64,000 nucleotides of DNA, from assembly GCA_001179505.1 (NCBI GenBank), contig CDMY01000592.1, forward strand, positions 186,001 through 250,000, in the 5' to 3' direction. The position numbers and the translations under genes are program-made. Below are positions 55,020 to 64,000 of the stretch, piece after piece (the stretch's first letter is position 1; the number at the start of each line of letters is the position of its first letter). The notes under the pieces are model-generated. The model had not been told where the DNA came from, did not search any database, and saw only the letters and a program-made list of their open reading frames with translations. The stretch comes from Vitrella brassicaformis CCMP3155 (Eukaryota; Protista; Chromerida).

Positions 55020-56675
55020 ATGAGGTTTGTTTCATAGCTGACTCTCTCACTTGGTATCGTTCCCCACCATCAGCGTGGGAGAGGCCGGTGCTGTGCTACT
55101 TTCCCCCCAAGGACCGGGCCATCTACACCGCTCTTGCCGCCACGAGGCCAAGGAAACCATCTCTGCTCACCGAGGAGCGCTCCAAGCTGTCCACATACAT
55201 TCGTGATGTATGTAGGCCAGCCACGCGCCTCCGTATCCGTCCATCGGTCCTTCCTTGCCTTTGCGTGTCGTGTGTGTGCAGATCAACAATGCTGTGCATC
55301 CTCCTGACTACATTCGCCCTCCAGCCCGTGAGCCGGCTCCACAACTCGACGAAGGGCCTCAGACAACAACCACCGCCACCGCAGCCCAAGACAGCCAGGC
55401 CGGACTGCCCCGCATTCGTGCCTCGACTGCCCCACCCGGCGGCCAGCGCAAATCGAGCGAGGGTGTGGGGAGGGCACGTGAGAGCGTGTTGATCTATCCC
55501 ACTGGTGGTGAGAGGCCGGCCAGTCTCCAGGGCGTGGCTACGAGGGCGATGCTGCAGCATCGACAGGCGGTGGAAGTCGAGAAGGCCACCAAGAAGTGGA
55601 TGAGTGAGTCGCATCGGGTGACCAAGGCCGTTTTTGACCAGGGGAGGCACGTCCCTTGGCCGAGGTCAGCTCATGCAAACACGCGGAGGATGAACGATGC
55701 ACTCATGTCAGCGGTCAGTTGGTCGGTCGGCCGGTCGCTGTGTCAGGTACAAGCTGCCGACGTATCAGCCGGCGCCCCTGCCGACGTGCCTGGCCCGAAC
55801 GGTTCCCCAAAGCCAATACACCATGGGTACTGAATCACTGGATTACACTGTCATCGATGCACTTGTCCAACAAAACATCAGAGTTTGGCAACTACGGATC
55901 GAATCCCCGTGACAGGGTAGGTCTGCACAGCATCCATAAGCAGACACAGGCTGTTAGTGTCGAAGTCTGATGTCCCCTGTTGATATGATTGGCAGCTGTC
56001 GTACTATGCGACGTTGCTGCCTAAGAGGAGGGACGAAGTGACGTAAGAGATGAAGAGAATCAAGCGAGACATGTATGTCTGTATCTTGTGCGGGGGTCGG
56101 TTGACAAGCAGCATCGGCACAACGAAAGCCACCCTGCACATACCAGGATACTCAGTATGAGATCGATCATCTGTCTGTAGTACATGGATGTGCATGATGC
56201 TCGTGTCTTGTGTGTTCCCTGGCTGTAGGGGTTCTTGTCGTCAAGTGCCAAGCGACTGCGTGACCCGCCTACACCTGTCCCACGTTCTCTGCTCCGCAAT
56301 AGGGACAACCTTGTGGAGAACTAGTACGTACAGGAAGGGACATGAACAAACGGAATACGCACTGGCTGTCCTGGTCATCTACTGCACCGATTGGCAGCTC
56401 ACATTTTTTGCCGAAGTACACTGGCTATCAGCCAACAGCCGCCCAAAACGACAGGGGGTACACAGCAGACAGCCACGCGACATCCACAAACGTCAATATA
56501 CATGCCCGAACGCCCTGTCTGTCTGTCTGTCTGTCTGTCTGCCTTTCATTCTGTCCGTGTGGCGTGCTTGGTCTACGACAGCCCCCCCCAGCCCACGGCA
56601 GCCACGACCTCGGGTTATGCAGCGCAGGAACCGTACCGTGTCATGCTCAAAATCAAGGACGCCCAGACCAACTGA
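55020..56675 (+). CDS. Hypothetical protein with PGY(S/T)G-type repeats; ciliary microtubule-inner-protein-like (FAM166/CIMIP2-type PYG repeats)
   Basis: Spliced segments EFGNYGSNPRDR, GTTKATLHIPGYS|GFLSS, LPKYTGYQP. First exons are uncertain. Confidence 0.55.
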
Positions 56676-57007
56676 CTGACTGATTGCCGCACCGACTGAC
56701 TGACTGACACAGATGGGTGCTGAATGGCGCCTACGATGCCTGGTTGGCCACTGAGACAGGCGCGGCGTACACTGCGCCGTACACTTGAGCGTCTGCTTGT
56801 GCATCGATTGTCGCTGTGTATGAGACGCTGAGCGAGTGAGTCAGTGCAGGAGAGAGATCTGAGTGGTCGGCATTAGACACACTCCGCGTGCATGTATATT
56901 ATAGGTCGAAAAGCGCGTGGTTCCCTCCTCAATCTGCCGTGTGTAAATTCGCACCCTGCGAGCTAAGCGTCCCTCCTTCTCCCTTCCCTCCCCTCCCCCC
57001 CCCCCCC

Positions 57008-57307
57008 NNNNNNNNNNNNNNNNNNNNNNNNNNNNNNNNNNNNNNNNNNNNNNNNNNNNNNNNNNNNNNNNNNNNNNNNNNNNNNNNNNNNNNNNNNNNN
57101 NNNNNNNNNNNNNNNNNNNNNNNNNNNNNNNNNNNNNNNNNNNNNNNNNNNNNNNNNNNNNNNNNNNNNNNNNNNNNNNNNNNNNNNNNNNNNNNNNNNN
57201 NNNNNNNNNNNNNNNNNNNNNNNNNNNNNNNNNNNNNNNNNNNNNNNNNNNNNNNNNNNNNNNNNNNNNNNNNNNNNNNNNNNNNNNNNNNNNNNNNNNN
57301 NNNNNNN
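57008..57307. other. Assembly gap (300 N) flanked by C-runs, just upstream of the 57331 ATG
   Basis: N-run between two C homopolymers. Confidence 0.99.
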
Positions 57308-57330
57308 CCCCCCCCCCTTCCTCTCTTCTG

Positions 57331-60300
57331 ATGGGGGTGTCGAGCTGTATTCCGGCCTTCTTTCTTGCGCTGTGGTTGGCTTGTGTTCAGCAGACCTTTT
57401 CCTACTGGCACGAAAACGCCCCCGACCGACACGGCGCGTCCCTCTCGGCACGGCAACTTCAACAAGCCGCATTGATCCCCACACACACAGACACCATGTG
57501 CCCCCCCGGCTATTACTACAGAAACACCCCACAGGTGCGCGAAGAGGCATCAAGATCCACGTGACGCACCATACCCTCTGCCGAAAATGGTCAGGATGAA
57601 GATTGTCTGCCGTGTCCTGAGGATCACTATTGTCCCATGGCAGTGGATACGCATCCCGTTGAGTGCCCTCCACACACGAAAACACGCACCAGTGGCGCAT
57701 CTCATATTTCGGAGTGCCTTTGTGACCGCGGCTATGGCTTCGATTGGACCGACACGCAGTGCAAAAGGTGCCCTGTTGGGACATGGAAGGATAGGCTTGG
57801 CAACTCGTAAGTGAGAGTCACGTACTTGCACACTGTGTCCAAGGCAATTTGACTCATGTCTTATGCGTGTGTGCGTATACACAGGAGTGTCTGGCATGTG
57901 GGGATGGCTTCTCTTCTTTCGAGGGCAGCATTTGGTATGAGCAGTGCTTCTGTCTGGCTGGTTATTACTTTGATGGGGAGCGATGCAGAAAATGTGCGGA
58001 TGCCTTCACGCCCGACAAATACGGCAGATCCAGCGCTAAGTGCGTGGGAAGGCTTACAGCCGAAATTCAGCAGCAGCTGCACGTTGACCCGTACTTCAAA
58101 GCAATCAGCTTTGAAGACCACGTGCCTCCCTTTGCCCCTCCTGGCTACTTCCGTTTTGACAACCGCCTCGACCTCGAGACAGAGGAGGAAAGCGCTGATA
58201 ATCCTCTTTTTGCAATACACGGTCGATCAGCGCCTGTGAGAGGATCCCGAGTACAGTATCTGCCAACTTTTATGAAATGCCACCCCTCTCGTGCATGTCT
58301 CGGGAGCGACGTGAACAACACCAATGTCTGCCACAAAACATGCAGGGCGTAAGAGGCCGTGTGGGGGAGGAGGGAAGTACTTGTACAGTGACACAGATGT
58401 GTCTCTTCCTTGCAGATTGTGTGCAATGAATGCAAGGAAGGCTTTACAAGGAAAGTCATTCGGATGCAACCTCGTGCGTGCAACAAGCAGTACCCCTCTC
58501 CCCTATTTGTGCAGGACAAGCCCTGGTAGCGTGTACGCCGAGTGTCCGTCGGATACGTTCAATGCTCTGGCGTTCATCGCCATTGGGATCGCCAGCTGGA
58601 TATACGCATTCATCATGACTAAGCTCAACATGGCTGCTGGCGTCAACCGCAAAACCATTCACACGTGAGTGAGTGAGCTTCCATGGACCCCACACAGTAC
58701 GCCCCTGGCTGGACATGTCTCATGTCTCGTGCACATCAAAGGCTTCGCTCACACTATGTGTCTGCAGTGTGGTCTTCAAGATCGGTATCAGCTACTATAC
58801 GAACATCAACATTCTCGGAAAGTTCGACATTCATGCTGCGAAGTGGCCGGATTGGTTGAGAGAAGTCTTGAGCTATCTCTTTTCGATCGTTGAGCCATCA
58901 GACCCCACGGCATATCAGTCAATCGAGTGCTTCGTCAGGCTGGTAAGCGAGCCTCACATTATCCCTGCATCTCATCGTGGTATTGTATTGTGCAGGCTGG
59001 CAGCGGCGTGACTCCAGCACATGCATTTCGGATGCATCGCACTGTATAAATTCCTGTCGCCGATCATTATCCCTTTGTGCATCACGTGTATATCGTCTCT
59101 ATTGATCAGAATAGCCGCATTTCGCAAACGGTGAATCGAAAGAAACAAAGAAAGCCGAACTTCTCATCAACCACTACCTTCCTGCTTTGCTCAGTGAGGA
59201 GATAAAACGCCAAACCGAGATCTTAAAATCCCTTTGGCAGGCATCTCGTCACTCTCCTGAGCATGAGGCGCTGTTTGAGTATATGTGCAAGGAGTTCACA
59301 ACGCAACGCTTCCTTGGCATCTGGCGCTATTTTTTCGGACCGAACGAGACAATCCGCACTCGGCTCCGCGCCTTTTTTCAGGATATGCTGCCCTTGTGGA
59401 TTGTCTGCCTCTACAACATCCACGGACCGACGGTACACACGGAGATACAGATCAGATCACAGCAGTCCTTCCATCTAGCCCCCCGTGCGTGTCTCCCTCC
59501 CTTCTGCGTGTTTGCATGCCAGACCGTTTCCATGGTTCAGTTGGTCGGCAAAGACATAGCGACACTGTCAGGAGCTGTCTGGCAATTCTCAATGTGCTTG
59601 TGTCGCTCAGGTTGCATGTATGAAGATAAACGATGAATACCGGCTGCAATCAGCTACGTCCGTCCGATGCTACGACAGCCAGGACTTCTTCATCTGGTTC
59701 GGTGTGGGCATCGTGGGATTGGTCATCTGGAGTATCGGCATTCCAATGTTCGCAATGTACTCTCTTTACTTGCGACGAGAAGTGATGTACGACAAAAAAG
59801 TACGGGAGCAGTTTGCCTTCTTGTACAATGGCTACACGCCCAAGCGGTACGTACAAAACACTACCTGGATACAGACACGGTGACGGTGGAGTGTGTGTTC
59901 AGGTGGTACTGGGAAGGAGTGATCCTTGTGAGAAAGGTGCTAGTGCCAGGGGGAGACAGGGGATAGGGGGAGACAGGGGAAGACATGTGTGTGGTTGACA
60001 TGTGTGTGGGTCGGTGCCTATCGACATGTGTGTGTGGTTGACAGGTGCTGGTGCTCTTGGTGGGCGCGTTGTCATTCGAAGGCGTGGAAGAGATCCAGAT
60101 GTCAGTATATACGCATACACATACACAAATCTGCGTCTGTATCTATATATTTGTTGGCACATGAATACAAACAGACACACGTGCATGTGCGTGTGCGTGT
60201 GTATGCAGATCCTTCAATCTGATCCTGGCCATCGGTTTTCTCTACCTCCAGTTCAATACGATGCCATTCGACAAGCGATCGTGGAATGTGCTCAATAAGA

Positions 60301-62620
60301 TGGAGCTGCGGTCGCTTGCTGCGTGGTGCTTGTCGTCGCTTCTACTCCAAATCGTCATCGTATTCAACGTGAATATTGTCTTAAACACCGTCATCGGCAC
60401 ATTGATCCTCCTCAACAACGTGGAGTTCAATGTGCGGTTCCTCGCCTGCCTCTTCACTGAGGTCTGCAAGGCAATTCGCAACGACCCTATGCTTGTCGGT
60501 ATGCGGACGGGGAAAACAATACACACGCACTCGGCATGCGCACAAGTGTGGTCTGCACAGCTATGCCCGTCGTGGGGCCGCTTTTCCGGCCCTTCGTCAA
60601 CTACGCCAACAGGCTACACGCTCGCGAACCGAGGGTGTTGTTCTGAATGGTGACCTCTGAGATCGAGCTGGCAGCTGCATCGCAAGTGGATGCGCGGATG
60701 GCTGCCGGCAAAGGAAGGATGGATGAGATGAGTGGCCGAGCGGGAGCCTACAAGGTGGGCAAGAGATACACAAAGGTGAGGAGACACGACGCAGTAGGCT
60801 TTCGCTTCCATCATTTGCAGGTGTCCATCACCCGTAGCCCCTCATTCACGCAGCAGTCCGCTCTACGACGACGTATGAAGCGCATTGAAGCGAGTGTCGA
60901 ACAGAGACATCGAGCTCTTTTCATGCGTGAGACAAAGAAGGGGCGACGTATAGACAAGATACCTGTCTCTCAGCGACACTATTTCGTGGAGGGGCTCGCC
61001 GACGCAACTGATTACATAGTGGTACACGCAAACAACCATGAATGTATTCATTTGCCGTCCATCCATCAATTCAACTACCTTGTTTTCATGTCTCCCCCTC
61101 TCTCTTCCTGTCCGTCCCTTTATTCATTCACACACTGACTGCAGGAAAAGATGCGGATGAACGTCATTCCTGGCAAGCAACAGGAATCGTGCCTCGAAAA
61201 CCAACGTACTTGTGTGTATCTTTGGTGCATTTCAGGTGATCTGACCGAGTTTGCCATTAGGCTAGCGTTCCTCTGGCAGTATCGTGACAAAGCAGATGTG
61301 GAGCGGCATATCGAGACGCGAAGGTCCCTCTCGAAAGGCGAGCTGCCACACTTGGTATGACGGAGGATTGAGTCCTCCGGAGATGTCGCAGTGCCAATTG
61401 GCGCTTGCGGATCGCTCGGATGCCTTCCTTATTGTGGGTTTCTTGTCATTCTGCCCTTCAGGTGCCCAAGAAAAGGGCGTCGGTTTGCAGCGAAGCGCCG
61501 GGCGGGAGTGACAACAACAATCGCGGCAGAGACCAGGCCGATTATTCGTCGAGCGGTGAAAGCCGAGTGGAGTCTGATGCTGCAGATGATTCCGCACCTG
61601 TCCCTGTTGGCCGAAATGTCCGTCGCGGTAGATTGCTACCCACCCTGCTTGGTGTTGAGAAAGAGGTGACGAAAGTTCTCCCATTACGAGCCTCGATAAC
61701 ATCGAACAAGGGAAGAAGCACAAAGTTGCGGGCTGGCTGGCGTCTCCTCGGCCACTACCGCCGAAGCCCAGCTTGGCGAAGGACTATGAGACGGCGTTCA
61801 AAGTCTTCCGACTGTCTCAGCGAGTAGCCCTGGAGGCCCATGAGAAGGATCCCCTGGCCGAGAAGAGCGAGGCCGAGAAGCAGGCACAGCTGAAGAGAGA
61901 AAAGGACGTGGACACGATGTTCGCTGTCGAAATATACGACAGCCCAATGGCTTTCGCTGACATGTACTTTTATGTAACGAACATCCAGGTACGCATCAGG
62001 CACTCCAAACAGAGAGAAGGAAGCAGTGCCTCCCTCTTCTATGTACAGTTCATAACCCCGACAGACATACGAGAGGTATAAACAGGCCGCGATGTCCGTG
62101 TCTCACTCGGTTTTTCCCTTTACATGTACAGTTCTATTTGATGTTTCAAAGGAGGAAAAGCAAGCGGCTGTGGGCCTCTCGCACCATCCAAAACGCGTGG
62201 CGGGCATACAGAAGACGCAAATTCTTGAAGCGCTTCAGGACTAGTGTGGAGCTCTCCAGACGGAAGATGCAGGAGAAAGCCGGACAAAAACTGTCTGATG
62301 CAGAAGCAAGACTGATTGAACAAAGGCGCTCGACAGCAGCTACTGGGCCTGAAAATCGATCTCAATCCACGTCATCAATCAACAGCTCTCGAAGAGACAC
62401 ACGTCAGCAACAACAGCGAACAAGAAAGCCGGCACAACGCGAGAGCATCATACATGCTAGGTCTCTTCGTCACAGCCAGGCCGTTGCCGCGTATGAGCCT
62501 GAATATGAAAGTGCCTCGGAGGAACTGACCTCATTCGAGGGGTCTATGTCTGGTGGAGGCGACGGCGAAGCCGTGCTGGACGACTGGGATGAAGCAGAAC
62601 ATGCTAGGCATCGTAAGTAG
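57331..62620 (+). CDS. Signal-peptide, Cys-repeat (GCC2/GCC3, ephrin-receptor-like) multipass membrane protein with a cytosolic IQ motif (CRMP-like architecture)
   Basis: MGVSSCIPAFFLALWLACVQQTFS leader; CPPGYY, CLPCPEDHYCP, CLCDRGY, CPVGTWKDRLGN, CFCLAGYY. TM region with FAFLYNGYTPKR|WYWEGVILVRK. IQNAWRAYRRRK at about 62186-62222. Confidence 0.8.
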
Positions 62621-62806
62621 CATATGGTAGGGAAGAGGGAAAGAATGACGCAGTGCTTGCGTTGATGTGAACAGAGAATGACGTCTTTGAGTGCGTGTGA
62701 TTTACGAGGGTCCAGTAGAGACAATTGAGTCGCTTGAGATGATTTCACGTATCCATACAAAAGTGACGCCACACACAATGGTGGCTTCCCAACGAATACA
62801 GCAGTC

Positions 62807-64000
62807 TCAGTCGCAAGTAATCATCAACATACACACAGACAGTAGACTATTCGACTGTGTGCTCAAATAAGATCTTGCACACACGCGGGTCTCGATGCAT
62901 GCCCTGTATAAACGGACGCAATCATGCGAGTCCAAGAATGTCTCTATCAGCAATAGCCGTACCAATTGCACTGTTCTCCCCATGAATTGAATGCATTCGA
63001 AGTCCACCAGCGCATTATACAGAGCCTCGTGTTTGCTCTTGACAATTACGCACTCATTGTCGCCGAGATGGCCTTGATATGGACTGGAAGGAATCCCATA
63101 CATCTCATTCGTGATGCCTTGTGCGTCCTCCTCTGCCGTATCTGGATCGAAACAGAAGAACTTCTGCACACACACTCACTCGTTCAGAAACGCTCCATTC
63201 ATTTGGTCCTACTGAACTTGCCTGCAGCACAGGGATAAGCGCCTCACGGCCCAAGAAGGCGTCATACCTGTTTCACAAGTAAAATTCACGTGACTCGATT
63301 GTTACTGTCAATGTAAGGCATGTAACTGTACATTAGCCGGATGCCTTTGTGACCATATCCATAAGACCAACACTGCACAACACAATACAATACATAGTGC
63401 AGTGAGCATCGCGCAACCGCTGGCCTCTCACTCTCACCTGCACCTTAAAGGCAGCGGTATTATCGGCAGTCCCGGGAAGCGTCATGATGAGAGCTGAGGA
63501 TGGGACTCGACGAAGCTTCTCCGGCAGTACGCATATCGGGCCAGGACTAAGGGACCGCGCTTTGTGACCTGAGATGGAACGCACGTGCTCACAAAGGGCA
63601 GAAAGTGGTTTACATGCTCTGCGTCCACTGACCGAGCAGTCGAACTTTCCATCGCCCCTCCTCATTCAGAAACTCCACAAGCACGCACAAGTTGTTGTTG
63701 AGCTCTGGCCGCCTTGCAAGTCTCACCAGCAGCGCTCGTGACCCGGGCGACAGATCACCCGTCATGGTGGGATGGGGAGATCTGCGAGCTCACTGGCGAG
63801 GACCTGCAGACAATCAGCACACACACCCGCAGAGGAAGAGCAATGTGATAGTTCAGCCGTTGCTCGGGAGATACCTTTTGGGGCCCCGAGATCTTGAGAT
63901 TTCCTGGCGATTGATGTCCGACTCGTTGTGGCACGGGGATGCTGATTCCCGCGGCCATTCGGACGAGGAACAGCCCGCTCACGCACCGATGACGGAACCA
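62807..64000 (-). CDS. 3' part of a hypothetical protein; gene continues beyond the window
   Basis: Open exon 63175-62870 (KFFCFDPD...EALYNALVDFECIQFMGRTVQLVRLL) plus GT-AG-bounded upstream segments. Confidence 0.55.

Overview
This is eukaryotic, intron-dense, gene-dense DNA with GT-AG spliceosomal introns and no operons, RNA genes, CRISPR arrays or recognisable transposons. The intron style, gene content and bipartite plastid-type leaders fit a chromerid alveolate such as Vitrella; that taxon is my inference and was not verified. I reconstructed about 21 protein-coding genes by hand-splicing: PGAP1-like GPI deacylase, dynein light chain roadblock, PLPBP/YggS, dynactin p150, Sec62, ISWI, two-domain glyoxalase I-like, TAP42, DOT1-like methyltransferase, an HDEL-terminated SnoaL/NTF2-like protein, an intronless OPRT (pyrE type), an F-BAR+SBF2 protein, an AEC/PILS transporter, a secreted EEP hydrolase, TTC5, a PYG-repeat ciliary-type protein, a Cys-repeat multipass membrane protein with an IQ motif, and 4 hypotheticals. 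The strongest unexplained signal is in the introns. Many longer introns carry AC-type microsatellites in the 5' half and the complementary GT-type repeats in the 3' half, which predicts hairpins bridging the splice sites. These introns occur in blocks that alternate, even within one gene, with blocks of short repeat-free introns. Microexons of 6-15 nt are needed to rebuild conserved motifs. Three 300-N gaps look like collapsed homopolymer artefacts. All exon boundaries and alignments were made by eye; no searches or folding computations were run.
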